Shown here: positions 43,648 through 54,600 of the stretch, piece after piece
Layout: the number at the start of each line of letters is the position of its first letter
Numbering within the stretch: the stretch's first letter is position 1
Origin: an uncultured Clostridia bacterium
GTDB lineage: Bacteria > Bacillota > Clostridia > Christensenellales > Borkfalkiaceae
Assembly: GCA_944346655.1 (NCBI GenBank)
Contig: CALVMP010000001.1
Coordinates: 2,599-66,598 of the forward strand
Reading direction: 5' to 3'
Length of the DNA: 64,000 nucleotides
Position numbers and translations under genes: made by a program
Notes under the pieces: model-generated
The model's database searches: none
What the model was told of the DNA's origin: nothing
Seen by the model: the letters and a program-made list of their open reading frames with translations, nothing else

Positions 43648-44067
43648 ATGCAATATAAAAAATTCGGAAAAACTATAGTTATAAGAATGGATAAGGGGGA
43701 GGAGGTAGTCTCTTCCCTTAAGTCTATATGCCAAAAAGAGGATATAAAACTCGCCTCCGTTTCGGCAATCGGCGCCGTAAACGATATAACCGTCGGTGTA
43801 TTCAATCCCGATACAAAACAGTACAAATCCAACCGCTTTACGGGCAACTTTGAAATAGTCTCCCTCTCGGGCACGGTTACAACCATGAAAGGAATTCCTT
43901 ACATTCACCTTCACATGAGTGTGGGCGACGGAAATGGCAAGGTTTTCGGCGGGCACCTGAACGAGGCAAAAATTTCCGCCACCTGCGAGATGGTGATAAC
44001 TTTAATCGATGGGGAAGTTGACAGGGAGTACTCTGAAGAGATAGGTTTGAATCTCTTTAAATTTTAA
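43648..44067 (+). CDS. PPC (DUF296) domain DNA-binding protein
   Basis: Contains GEEVVSSLKSICQKEDIKLASVSAIGAV, HLHMSVGDGNGKVFGGHL and LNLFKF. Confidence 0.65.
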   Translation: MQYKKFGKTIVIRMDKGEEVVSSLKSICQKEDIKLASVSAIGAVNDITVGVFNPDTKQYKSNRFTGNFEIVSLSGTVTTMKGIPYIHLHMSVGDGNGKVFGGHLNEAKISATCEMVITLIDGEVDREYSEEIGLNLFKF

Positions 44068-44069
44068 AA

Positions 44070-44918
44070 ATGGAAACTTCGGAGCTCTTGCAAAAACTCA
44101 ATTTTCAGGCGATAGGCGAAGGCAACGGCAGAATAAAGAGGGTAAAGGGCATAATTTCCAACACCAAGCCCAATCCCGAAAAGCTGTTCGCGGCAGAGGG
44201 CATATGGCTCGCCTCGATGTGCCTTAAGTTCGGCACGCATATCGACAGTCTGATCGTCTGCCCCGACTATGTCCGTACGCCGGAGGTGAAAAAACTTATC
44301 GAGGACCTCTCCGCCCGCACGCCCGACCGTTTTACGGTGTCGGCAAAGACGTACGAAAAGATTTCCGAAAAAGGACAGCCCGACGGAATTATGGCTCTCG
44401 CCTCGCTGCCGCAGAGGGATATTGCCGACTTCATTCCTCCTAAAAAGGCGGTGGTGCTCATTATCGACGGGGTGGAAATTCCCGGCAACGCGGGCACAAT
44501 GCTGCGCATGGCAGACGGAGCGGGCGCCGACGCGGTGTTTTTCTGCAACCGCAAGGTACGCATGACCCACCCCAAGCTTATTAAGGCGAGCCAGGGCGCA
44601 ATTTTAACCGTGCCGGTATTCGAGTTTGCCACCGTTTCGGAGTGCAAAAGCTGGCTGAAAAAGTTCGGCTTTATCACATACCTTGCCGACACGCGTGCAG
44701 AGCACTTTTACTACGACGAGCCCTTCGGCACAAACACCGCCCTCGTCGTGGGCAGCGAGCGCTACGGCATAGCAAGGGAGTGGTACGCAAGCGACTACTC
44801 CATGATAGCCATTCCCATGCTCGGCAAGTGCGATTCGCTCAACGTCGGCGTGGCAGCTACCGTGCTCACGTATGAAGCCTGCATAAAGAATAAATTAAAG
44901 CATAAGGAGAGAAAATGA
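44070..44918 (+). CDS. TrmH/SpoU family RNA 2'-O-methyltransferase
   Basis: Contains GVEIPGNAGTMLRMADGAGADAV, IAIPMLGKCDSLNVGVAATVLTYE and other SpoU motifs. Confidence 0.85.
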   Translation: METSELLQKLNFQAIGEGNGRIKRVKGIISNTKPNPEKLFAAEGIWLASMCLKFGTHIDSLIVCPDYVRTPEVKKLIEDLSARTPDRFTVSAKTYEKISEKGQPDGIMALASLPQRDIADFIPPKKAVVLIIDGVEIPGNAGTMLRMADGAGADAVFFCNRKVRMTHPKLIKASQGAILTVPVFEFATVSECKSWLKKFGFITYLADTRAEHFYYDEPFGTNTALVVGSERYGIAREWYASDYSMIAIPMLGKCDSLNVGVAATVLTYEACIKNKLKHKERK

Positions 44919-45442
44919 ATATCTGGCACAATATCGAAAAGAGCCGCATCACCCCCGAAAAATTCGAAGCGCTTATCGAAATCCCCAAGGGCTGCAAGAC
45001 CAAGTACGAGCTCGATAAGCAGACGGGGCTCATTAAAATGGACAGGGTGCTCTACACATCCACGGTGTACCCCGCAAACTACGGCTTCATTCCTCTCACC
45101 TATGCCGAGGACGGAGACCCGCTGGACGTCCTCGTGCTGTGCAGCGATTCGCTCTACCCCATGACGCTTGTCGCCTGCACCCCTATAGGGGTGATAAAAA
45201 TGCTCGATAACGGCGAGTACGACGAAAAGATAATTGCCGTCCCCGCGGGCGACCCCACGTATAAGGACTATGACGACATAAGGGAACTGCCCAAACATAT
45301 CTTCGAAGAGATGATGCACTTCTTTTCCGTTTATAAATTCCTCGAACAGAAGGTCACTGAGGTAAAGGAGATCTGCGGCAGGGACGAAGCAGTTAAAATA
45401 ATTTCAAAGTGTATCTTCCAATATGCAAAAAAATTCAATTGA
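44915..45442 (+). CDS. ppa: inorganic diphosphatase (family I)
   Basis: Contains IEIPKGCKTKYELD, YPANYGFIP, EDGDPLDVLVL and DEKIIAVP. Confidence 0.93.
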   Translation: MNIWHNIEKSRITPEKFEALIEIPKGCKTKYELDKQTGLIKMDRVLYTSTVYPANYGFIPLTYAEDGDPLDVLVLCSDSLYPMTLVACTPIGVIKMLDNGEYDEKIIAVPAGDPTYKDYDDIRELPKHIFEEMMHFFSVYKFLEQKVTEVKEICGRDEAVKIISKCIFQYAKKFN

Positions 45443-45471
45443 CCGCGGTATATTCTATAACTAACACATTT

Positions 45472-45516
45472 ATACCCCATTTTCCGCAAAGGAAAATGGG
45501 GTATTGATTTTTTTTT
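45472..45516 (+). terminator. rho-independent terminator
   Basis: 14-bp stem ATACCCCATTTTCC / GGAAAATGGGGTAT followed by TGA and T9. Confidence 0.9.
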
Positions 45517-45532
45517 GCGCATATGTTATAAT
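45504..45532 (+). promoter_or_regulatory. helD promoter (extended -10)
   Basis: TTGATT at 45504-45509, a 17-nt spacer ending in TGT, then TATAAT at 45527-45532. Confidence 0.65.
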
Positions 45533-45563
45533 GGGTTGAACGGGGGTATTTAAAGCAACGTAA

Positions 45564-47936
45564 ATGGCAGACATAAAGGACGTCAAAAAAATTCTTTCGC
45601 CCTCAAAACAGCCCGACAAAGCTTTCTGTCTCGACCTCCTCGACGAGGACAAGCAGAGGGCGTACGAAGAGGAGCATCTGTCCGCCGTGCTCAAAATGTT
45701 AAAGGCTATGTATGTCAGAAAGCACCTCGACGCAATAAAGGCTGCCAGGGAGGAGAGGGACGCGCTCGAGCGCGGCCCCGATTACAATGCCCAAAAATAC
45801 CGCCGCGTGCTCGAACTCAACGCGCTCATAAAGGAGAATAAAAAACTCGTCGACGGCTACAAGTGCTTTTTCGTCGAGCCCTACTTTGCCCGCATGGACC
45901 TCGTCGACGACAAGGACGGCTACAACAGCTACTATATCGGCAAAAAGGGGGACTACGGGCTGGAGATAGTCGACTGGCGCGCCCCGCTCGCGCGGCGGTA
46001 CTATCAGAAGTCCCAGCTCTCCTTTTCCATAAATCAGTTCGACTACAAGCTCATTCTGCGCCGCGCCCTCCGCGTGCACAACGGCAAGCTTTTAAGCTTT
46101 CAGAACGAATACCTCTGCCTCGACGACTATCTTTCAAAAGAGGAGATAGCGGGGCGCGACGAGTCGGTCATCTTCGACCCCTTCCTGAAGGATATTTTAA
46201 AGAGCCGCAAGGAAAAGCAGGAGATCTGCGACATAATCGAAACCATTCAGGAACAGCAGTACGAAATTATAACCGCGCCCGAAAGGGAGCAGTTTGTCGT
46301 GCAGGGCGTGGCAGGTTCGGGCAAGACCATGATAATGCTGCACAGGCTGTCCTACCTCATGTACAACAACGAGGACATAAAGCCCTCAAACGTGCTCGTC
46401 ATCACCCCGTCCGACTCCTTCAACGCCTTCATCGACGAACTCGCGCAGGTGCTCGAACTCGAAAAAGTAAAAACTTCCACTTTAGACAGTTATTTTATTG
46501 CGCTCTTAAAAAACCAGGGCGTCAATCTCGAAGGTAAAGTAGACTATTTTGCCCGGGTAAATCCCGACTATTTAAAGTATATCTACTCCCCCGCCTTCGC
46601 AAAGGACGTAAACAAAAAGCTTGAAAAGATATATTCGTCCGTCAGGGCAATGCTCTCAAAAGAGGTGGGCGGGGAGCTCATTGACCGCGTACTATGCTGC
46701 GCCGAACGGCAGACGGAGGAATACGAGCGCATAAAAAATTGTTCGCTCAGGGTAAGGCGGTGCGTGCTCGGCGAAATTAAGGAAAAGCCCGACGGAGGGC
46801 TGTACTACACAAAGCAGATGCGCCAGCTCTTCAACTGCCTTGCAGACGTAAAAGAATTCCTCGAGCTCAACGAAAGTTCCCCGCGCATGGACAACTATTT
46901 TTACTTTTACCGCCAGCTTTTATCCTTTTACAAATCGCTCCGCTTTATAAGAAGATACGGCGAAAAAATCTGCGAGGGCGCAACAGAGGATTTAAAGGCG
47001 CTCGAAACTACAGTCGACAAAGAAATTTTCGATTTAAAGCGCTATAAAATAAATATGGGCGGCAGGGAGGAATACACATACCCCGACAGAATCGAAAAGC
47101 GGGAGGAACTTAAAAAGGAGATTGCCTCGGCAATGTCCCGCGTCGAACGCATTCTGTCCGACTTTGCCGCCGCCTTCGACTTCGCGGAAGTTGCAAGGGG
47201 GGAGGGGTATCTCGTGCATATCGGCAAGTGCGAAGACACTGTCGACCTCGCCCGCTTCTTCTACCGCGAGATAGTAAAGCCCGTCAAGACCAGATATTCG
47301 GTATCCAACCGCGCCATGTACCGCGCCGACGTATTCGCGCTGTGCGCCGTGCTCTCCGCCCTCGGATACGATTTGACCCCCAAATATTCCTTTGTGTTCG
47401 TCGACGAAGCGCAGGACATATCCCCCGCCGAATACGACGTCGTAAAAAGGGTCAACGCCGAGGCGTGCCTCAATGTGTTCGGCGATTTAAAGCAGAATAT
47501 CACCCCCTTCCGCGGCGTTTCGGACTGGTCTCAGCTCGGCTACGGCGTGTACAACCTCAACCGCAACTACCGCAACACCAACCAGATTGTCGACTATGTG
47601 TCCTCCAACCTCGGCATAGACATGCAGCCGATAGGGCTTCCCGGCGACGAGGTCAGTGAAATTGCTCCCAAGTCGGTGGGCAGATATCTCTCGGACAAAA
47701 AGGGGCTCAGGGCGGTGATTACGTCCGAGGCAAACCTCGCCGCCTATACCCGCAAGGCGTACAACGTCGTCAGGGATACGGGGGTGATATCCAAAACAAA
47801 AATAAACATCATGACGGTATACGAAAGCAAGGGGCTTGAATTCACCGCCGTGGCTGTTGTTGACGGCGACATGACTGCAAACGAAAAATACATCGCCTAT
47901 ACCAGGGCATTAAAGGAGCTCGCCGTCGTCCGCTGA
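45564..47936 (+). CDS. helD: HelD-type UvrD-like helicase (RNA polymerase recycling ATPase)
   Basis: The N-terminal part has a coiled coil plus PYFARMDL...YYIGKKG...IVDWRAPLARRYYQ. Walker A is GVAGSGKTM. Also contains FVDEAQDIS, NYRNT and YESKGLEFTAV. Confidence 0.8.
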   Translation: MADIKDVKKILSPSKQPDKAFCLDLLDEDKQRAYEEEHLSAVLKMLKAMYVRKHLDAIKAAREERDALERGPDYNAQKYRRVLELNALIKENKKLVDGYKCFFVEPYFARMDLVDDKDGYNSYYIGKKGDYGLEIVDWRAPLARRYYQKSQLSFSINQFDYKLILRRALRVHNGKLLSFQNEYLCLDDYLSKEEIAGRDESVIFDPFLKDILKSRKEKQEICDIIETIQEQQYEIITAPEREQFVVQGVAGSGKTMIMLHRLSYLMYNNEDIKPSNVLVITPSDSFNAFIDELAQVLELEKVKTSTLDSYFIALLKNQGVNLEGKVDYFARVNPDYLKYIYSPAFAKDVNKKLEKIYSSVRAMLSKEVGGELIDRVLCCAERQTEEYERIKNCSLRVRRCVLGEIKEKPDGGLYYTKQMRQLFNCLADVKEFLELNESSPRMDNYFYFYRQLLSFYKSLRFIRRYGEKICEGATEDLKALETTVDKEIFDLKRYKINMGGREEYTYPDRIEKREELKKEIASAMSRVERILSDFAAAFDFAEVARGEGYLVHIGKCEDTVDLARFFYREIVKPVKTRYSVSNRAMYRADVFALCAVLSALGYDLTPKYSFVFVDEAQDISPAEYDVVKRVNAEACLNVFGDLKQNITPFRGVSDWSQLGYGVYNLNRNYRNTNQIVDYVSSNLGIDMQPIGLPGDEVSEIAPKSVGRYLSDKKGLRAVITSEANLAAYTRKAYNVVRDTGVISKTKINIMTVYESKGLEFTAVAVVDGDMTANEKYIAYTRALKELAVVR

Positions 47937-48046
47937 TATTTCTGTGCGACAATCGTCATAAAACTGCGGAAAAAGAGTAGACGAAACCGAGCCGCCGTGA
48001 TAAAATGTTGATATTGCAAACTTTAAGCGTATGTTAAGGAGGGCTT

Positions 48047-49357
48047 ATGTGGTACGAATACCTTTACAGGGTGCTCAGCATAATAAACTATGCAATCCTG
48101 ATAGTGATTGCAATTCCCCTGCTCGTGCAGATCTGCTACGTGCTGTTCTGCTTCGTTAAAAAGAAAACCTTCCCCAAGAGCGAGGTCAAGGGCAGAATAG
48201 CCTATCTCATTCCTGCCCACAACGAGGCGTCCGTCATAGCGGACACCGTAAAAAACGTGCTCGAAGGGCAGGACTATCCCAGGGATAAGTTCGACGTGTT
48301 CGTCGTCGCCCACAACTGCACGGACGACACCGCCGCGCTTGCCCGGGAGGCGGGGGCGATAGTGCTCGTTCTGGACGATCCCGATCCTTCCCACCGCCTC
48401 GCGCTCTATCCCTTAAGGCACGGCATAGACCACATTTTAAGCATAACCGACAATCCCTACGACCTCGTCGTTCACCTCGACGCCGACAACCATATAAACG
48501 CCGAGTTCTCCTCCCTTATGAACGACGCGTACCAGTCGGGCGTAGATTTCGCCCGCCCCTACGAGGGAGCCATAAACGCCACGCAGAACTTCTTCACCAA
48601 GGCGTGCACCATGTTCTACGTGTTTGAATCGCGCTACGGCAGCAGGGTGAGGGAACGCCTCGGGTTGGGCGCCCACGTAAACGGCAGCGGCGCCACCATG
48701 AGCGTGCGCATGCTCAAAGCCACGGGCGGTTACGACAGCCAGACCATCTCCGACGACGCCGAATACTACTTCAACCGCCTTCTGGACGGCTATAAAGCGC
48801 ACTTTGTCGAGGACGCCGTCGTGTCGGAGGATATGCCCTCGTCCCTTTCGGATACATACAAGCGCAACAAGCGCATCGGCAGCGGCAGCGTGGCTTTGCT
48901 CAAGCCCAAGCTCTCCAAGCTCATGAAAAAGTTCTTCACGACGGGCGATTTATCCTGTCTCGAAGTGTGCATGTCGTACAGCTTCCTCTTTTTCACCGTG
49001 CTGCTCTGCGTTTGGTTCCCCCTGTACTATATCTACCACTTTGTCTATCTCTACTTCGCCGCGTACGGCGGACTGGCTGTGGAGCTGTATTCGCAGGCGT
49101 GGTATGCCTCTTCGCTGTGGATCACTTTAATTGTCGGCGGCAGCATACTCATAGGGTTGTTTGTCTTCTTCGGGTACCTTCAGGCGCTCTTCCTCGTCAT
49201 CACCGACTACAAAAAGATCGGCGCCAAAAATCGGCGCGAGCTCGCCGGCGCCGTGCTGTGGTTCCCCTTCTTTTTAATTGTCTATTCCATAACAATCTGC
49301 ATCGGCACGATGAGCAAGCCCAAGTGGGGCAGCGCCAAGCGCAATCCAACAAAATAA
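48047..49357 (+). CDS. family 2 glycosyltransferase with C-terminal multi-TM domain
   Basis: Has an N-terminal TM helix, then AYLIPAHNEASVI, VVHLDADNHI (DxD), SDDAEYY and four C-terminal TM helices. Confidence 0.8.
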   Translation: MWYEYLYRVLSIINYAILIVIAIPLLVQICYVLFCFVKKKTFPKSEVKGRIAYLIPAHNEASVIADTVKNVLEGQDYPRDKFDVFVVAHNCTDDTAALAREAGAIVLVLDDPDPSHRLALYPLRHGIDHILSITDNPYDLVVHLDADNHINAEFSSLMNDAYQSGVDFARPYEGAINATQNFFTKACTMFYVFESRYGSRVRERLGLGAHVNGSGATMSVRMLKATGGYDSQTISDDAEYYFNRLLDGYKAHFVEDAVVSEDMPSSLSDTYKRNKRIGSGSVALLKPKLSKLMKKFFTTGDLSCLEVCMSYSFLFFTVLLCVWFPLYYIYHFVYLYFAAYGGLAVELYSQAWYASSLWITLIVGGSILIGLFVFFGYLQALFLVITDYKKIGAKNRRELAGAVLWFPFFLIVYSITICIGTMSKPKWGSAKRNPTK

Positions 49358-49370
49358 GGAGCTGAGCGTT

Positions 49371-50324
49371 ATGCACGACAACTACGCGCTCGAAATAAAA
49401 AACTTAACCAAGTCCTACGGCGAGGTCAAGGCGGTCAACGACATCTCCTTCACGGTCGCCAAGGGCAGTTTGTTTGCCTTTCTCGGCGTAAACGGCGCGG
49501 GCAAATCTACTACCATAAACATTATCTGTTCCATTCTCGATAAGGACTCGGGCAAAATTTATGTCGGCGGCAACGACCTCGACGAAAACTCGCTCGCCAT
49601 ACGCCGCAACACGGGCATAGTTTTCCAGACCTCCGTGCTCGACAAGGAACTCACGGTTTTGCAGAATCTTGAAATCCGCACGGCGTTCTACGGGCTGGGC
49701 AGGGAGGAAAAGAAGAACAATATCGCCCAGATAATCGACCTTTTAGAGCTCGGACCCATCTTAAAGAGACCGGTAAAAAACCTTTCGGGCGGGCAGATGA
49801 GGAGGGTGGATATAGCAAGAGCCATGGTTCACCGCCCCAAGCTGCTCATTCTGGACGAACCCACGACCGGTCTCGACCCCAAAAACCGCCGCATAGTGTG
49901 GGCTTTAATAGATAAAATCCGTCTGGAGACGGGCATGACCGTCTTTCTCACCACCCACTATCTCGAGGAAGCCGAGCTCGCCACCGACGTCGTCATAATG
50001 GACAGGGGCAGAATAATCGCCCACGGCACGCCCAACAAGCTCAAAAACGCCTACTCCAACGATACCCTCGTCAGTTACATGGCGAGGAACGGGCAGTTTG
50101 AGGAGGGGCTCTCCTCCGACGGCTGCAAATTTTCCTACGACGAAGAAAAGGGATGTTACCGCATAAACATTGCCGACGCCTCAGCCGCGCGGGCAATAAT
50201 GCTCAAGTATCCCGAATACACCGCAGACGTCGAAATTTTAAAGGGCAAGATGGACGACGTGTTCTTAAACGTCACCGGCAGGGACATATCGGCAACGGAG
50301 GAAGAGAATGACTCCAAAGATTAA
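49371..50324 (+). CDS. ABC transporter ATP-binding protein (ABC-2/DrrA-like)
   Basis: Walker A is GVNGAGKSTT, the signature motif is LSGGQMRR, and Walker B is LLILDEPTTGLD. Confidence 0.9.
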   Translation: MHDNYALEIKNLTKSYGEVKAVNDISFTVAKGSLFAFLGVNGAGKSTTINIICSILDKDSGKIYVGGNDLDENSLAIRRNTGIVFQTSVLDKELTVLQNLEIRTAFYGLGREEKKNNIAQIIDLLELGPILKRPVKNLSGGQMRRVDIARAMVHRPKLLILDEPTTGLDPKNRRIVWALIDKIRLETGMTVFLTTHYLEEAELATDVVIMDRGRIIAHGTPNKLKNAYSNDTLVSYMARNGQFEEGLSSDGCKFSYDEEKGCYRINIADASAARAIMLKYPEYTADVEILKGKMDDVFLNVTGRDISATEEENDSKD

Positions 50325-51396
50325 GACAAACTATTTAGAACAGCTCACGGCGCTCACCAAAAGGCACCTGTTAGTTTTCATAAACAGCCGCATGCGCGTG
50401 TTTTTCACGCTCATGGTGCCCTTTATAATCTTCGTAATCTACATTTTCTTTCTGCGCGACCTCGAACTCATGACCATCGACCCCGTGCTCGAAGAGTACG
50501 GGCTTAGCATGGAGGATGCAACGCTCAGGCACTATGTCTACACGCTCGTCGATTCGTGGATGCTCTCGGGCATCGTCGCCATGTGTACCATAACCGTCTC
50601 GCTGCAGATAAACAACATAACGGTAAGCGATAAGGAAAACGGCATCAACCGCGACTTCGCGTCCTCGCCCGTCTCCTCCAACATGCTTATCTTCAGTTAT
50701 TTTCTGGCAAACTTCATAATTACCTTTGTCGTCTGCCTCATATTCCTCGTGGTGTGCTTCATCTACCTCGCCGCCCTCGGCGAGCTCATAGTTACGTTCG
50801 CTTCGGTAATGTCAATGCTCGGCGTGCTCGTGTTCGCCACGGTCAACGGCGTGCTGTTCACGGTGTTCATATGCTCGTTTATCTCGCGCGACTCGACGAT
50901 GGGCAGCGTTATTACCATATTCTCCACGGCGATAGGCTTCTTGATCGGCGCATATATGCCCCTCTTCATGTTGCCCGAGGCTGTGCAGTACGTCTGCGCT
51001 TTCGTGCCCGGCACCTATTCGTGCTCGCTGTTCAGGTTCGCGTTCATGAGCGATACCATAAACGAAATGACGGCTTACGTCGTGCAGATCATGCCCGAAA
51101 ACGGAGGCGTTTTAATGGAACAGCTCACCGACAGTTTCGGCTACAACCTCAACTTCTTCGGCAATATAGTAGAGCCCGGCTATCAGGCGCTCGCGCTCGC
51201 CATATTCACTATAATCCTGCTTGTTTTGAACATAGTGTTCGGCAAAAAGCTCACGGCGGTAATCGGCGGCATGACCAAAAAAATTCTCCCCAAAAGAAAA
51301 AAGCCCGTCCCCGCAGAGGGCGCGGAGGAGTCCCTTGCCGAAAATGAAAGCGGCGCACCGCTGTCCGAAAACGGCGACCCTCCCCAACAACAATAA
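50308..51396 (+). CDS. ABC-2 type transporter permease
   Basis: Six predicted TM helices. It overlaps the ATPase gene by 17 nt. The C-terminal tail is acidic. Confidence 0.8.
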   Translation: MTPKIKTNYLEQLTALTKRHLLVFINSRMRVFFTLMVPFIIFVIYIFFLRDLELMTIDPVLEEYGLSMEDATLRHYVYTLVDSWMLSGIVAMCTITVSLQINNITVSDKENGINRDFASSPVSSNMLIFSYFLANFIITFVVCLIFLVVCFIYLAALGELIVTFASVMSMLGVLVFATVNGVLFTVFICSFISRDSTMGSVITIFSTAIGFLIGAYMPLFMLPEAVQYVCAFVPGTYSCSLFRFAFMSDTINEMTAYVVQIMPENGGVLMEQLTDSFGYNLNFFGNIVEPGYQALALAIFTIILLVLNIVFGKKLTAVIGGMTKKILPKRKKPVPAEGAEESLAENESGAPLSENGDPPQQQ

Positions 51397-51410
51397 TATC
51401 ACCAATTTAA

Positions 51411-51438
51411 AAAATCCCCCTCCAAGGGGGGTTTTTTT
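51411..51438 (+). terminator. rho-independent terminator
   Basis: Stem CCCCC / GGGGG(G) with loop TCCAA, flanked by A-rich (AAAAAAT) and T7 runs. Confidence 0.7.
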
Positions 51439-51440
51439 AT

Positions 51441-51490
51441 GGGGAATAAATTATCACCACAATGCAAGCGGAACTTGCAATTCATGGGGT
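51441..51490. repeat. repeat copy D: TCACCACAATGCA-hairpin-TGCAATTCAT
   Basis: The sequence at 51454-51485 matches the cores at 39839-39870 and 23620-23653. Confidence 0.7.
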
Positions 51491-51552
51491 CGCCATTATA
51501 GCTACTATTAAAAATTGCAATAACTTTATTATATAAATTTTACTCCGCGCTA

Positions 51553-51581
51553 TTGAATATTGCATTTTTTTGTGGTATAAT
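51553..51581 (+). promoter_or_regulatory. near-consensus extended -10 promoter of the helicase-comEC-holA unit
   Basis: TTGAAT at 51553-51558, a 17-nt spacer, then TGG-TATAAT at 51573-51581. Confidence 0.7.
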
Positions 51582-51617
51582 TAAAAGGTAAAAATATGCA
51601 TTTTTAAAGGATTGATT

Positions 51618-54600
51618 ATGGCAGCCAACAACAAAAAGACTCCGCGGCTCGATTTGATTGAGCTTGAAGGCGAACTTTTAAATTACGTTTCGTATGCAAC
51701 CTATTACAACCGCATACCGCTCTTTACAACCCTCCGCGTCTATAACAACGGCGACGAGGATGTAGAAAACGTAGTCATAGCCCTCTCTTCGGACAGTTCT
51801 TTAGTGCTGCCCGCAAACGTCACGCTGCCCCTCGTGCCGGCGCATGCCAGTACGGAGGTAAAGTCTCCCGCCCTGTTAAATCCCAAATATCTTGCCGATT
51901 TAAAGGAACAGGAGCCCGCAAAAGTATTCGTAAAAGTCACGTGCGGCAAAAAAGAGATCTGTTCGCTCGAAACCGGACTGACAGCCCTGCCCATGGACAT
52001 GTGGTCGGGCATTCTGGGCTCGCCCGAAATGCTCTCCACCCACGTCCGTCCCAAGCTGTCCGACTGCCAGAAGGTGCTTGCCGAAGCGGGACTCCAGCTC
52101 AAAACGTGGGGCTATTCGCAGGAGTGGTCGGGCTATGCCGGCAACGACAAAAACTCCGTCCGCGCCGCGTTCGCCTCGGTGTTCTCGGCAATCCGCAACC
52201 TCAACATTGAAAGGGGGGAGGAGGGCGATCTTTCCCTGCCCGTGCTTGTGGGCAACGTTGCAGAGATCGTCGGGGAACGCACTGCCACCCCCGTGGGAAT
52301 GGCTGCGTTCGCCTGCTCCTGCCTCGAGGCGGCAAGGCTTCACCCCGTAATAGTGCTCGGCAAAAACAAACTCGGCGTGGGCGTGTGGCTGTACGAAAGC
52401 TGTTTTACAACTACCCTCCAGGACGACATGTCCGTCATAGAACGCTACATTGCCGACGGCGTAAACAATCTCGCCATAGTCGACGTCGACGACCTCTTCG
52501 CGCACAAAAACGCCAGCTTCACCACCGCCGCTTCGCACTTCTCCTCGGCGCTTGCCGCGGGCAGGTTCGAAGCCCTTCTCGACATAAAGCGCTGCCGCAT
52601 CGGCGGCGTGTTCCCCATGCCCATAAAGGTAAAGGCTGGCGCCTCTTACGAAATTCTCGGCGACAAGCAGTTCTCCTATGAGGAGAGACCGAAGGACATA
52701 ATCGACGCCGACAAGCTCAACCTCGGCAGGGCGGCTTCCAAGGACAAGAACTGGGAAAGGCGCCTTTTAGACCTCTCTTTAAAGAACAACCTGCTCTCGT
52801 TCAGGTTCCGCAAGGACGTAATACACCTTCTCACCTACGACGCCGCGGCGTTCCTCGAAAGGGTGAAGGACAGGGAAAAACTTACAATCCACGCCAACGC
52901 CAACCCCATTGAGGGCGCCCTCTACTTCGGCGGCGGGGCAAAGCTGAGCACGCTCGCCGAACTCATAAATATTGAACTCGGTCAGGGCATTGTCCGCGCA
53001 TATGCCCGCACGGAATCGCTGCTCGAAAGCGCCTCCACGCTCATCCGCAAGGCGCGTTCGACGCAGGAGGAGGTGGGCGCAAACACCCTGTTTATGGCAA
53101 TCGGTTTTTTAAAGTGGAAGGAACAGTCCGAAAGGGAGTTCAAATACGCCCCCCTGGTGCTCCTGCCCGTCACTTTGAAAAAGACCAAAACCCAGGGCAT
53201 AGAGGTCGAACTTTCGGACGAGTTCAGGGTCAACACCACCCTCCTCGAATTTTTAAAAGTGGAGTTCGGCATAGACATAAGGGGGCTCGAATCGACAGAC
53301 CTCACCCCCTCCGAAGTGCTCGCCGTATTCCGCGCAAAAACTTCCAATATGAAGGGCTGGCTCGTCCATGACGACATATATATCGCCCAGTTCACCTTTG
53401 CCCGCTATGCCATGTGGGCGGACATAAGGGCGAACATGCCCAAGTATAAAAACAACGCGCTCATCGCCAGCCTGCTTACAAACACCAACAAGCTGGGCGA
53501 AAACAGGCTTGCCGGAGTAAACGAGGACGACGGCGACCCCGAAGAGATTTTAACGCCCCTGCCCTGCGACTCCTCGCAGTACGCGGCAATCTCCGAAAGC
53601 GCGAAGGGCACCACCTTTGTTTTGCACGGTCCTCCCGGCACGGGCAAGAGCCAGACGATTACAAACATCATAGCCAACGCCGTCGACTCGGGCAAGCGCG
53701 TACTTTTCGTCGCCGAAAAGCAGGCGGCGCTCCAGGTCGTAAAAAAGCGCCTCGACGAGATAGGAATAGGCGAATTCTGTCTCGAGCTCCACTCGGGCAA
53801 GTCCGCGCAGAAGGGGGAGATTGTACGCTCGATCGAGTCCACCCTCGCCTTAAAGGACGACTATAGCGGCGGCGAAAAATTTTCGGCGGACGCCCACAAG
53901 ATAGTCGAGGACAGGGCAAGGCTCAAAGCGCCCCTTTCGGCTCTGCACAAAAAGCGCCGCCTCGGCGTGTCCGTCTACGAGGGCATACTCTATTATCTCC
54001 AGAACAAGAACGCCCCCGAGCTCGTAAATATTGAATCTACCTTCTACGACGGTCTCACCGCCAAAAAGCTCTCCGAGTACGAAAGCATGCTCTTAACCGC
54101 CCAGGCGGCAGCCAAGGAGTGCGGCGGCGTGTACCGCTCGCCCTTCTCGGGGGTAAACATATACATCTGCGACGAAAAGGTGCAGGCTTCGGTGCTGTGC
54201 GCGGCTGAGGTCGTGCTCGCCGAGCTCAAGCATCTCAAAAATTACCTCGGGCTCTTCCTCGATACATTCAACCAGAAGATGTCGGCATTTACGCCCAAAA
54301 AACTCGAAAACCTCGTCGAAATCTGCACCGTGTTAAAGGAGGACAAGCTCAAAAACTTCTTCAGCTGCAACGAGGCTGATTTCTACGTCTTCTTCAACGC
54401 CAATCTCCGCTACGACGCAGAGGTGCGCAACTGGCTGACCCGCTTCAAATCCCTCCCCGACCTCGGCAAACTTGCCGACGATATCGAAAGCGAAATAGAA
54501 AACTGGGGCGAAAACTACCGCTCTTCGCGCACGCTGCTTGCGGTAATAAAGCGCATCAACCGCTGCGCCCGCACGCCCATGGCGGAGAGCGAGGAGCTGG

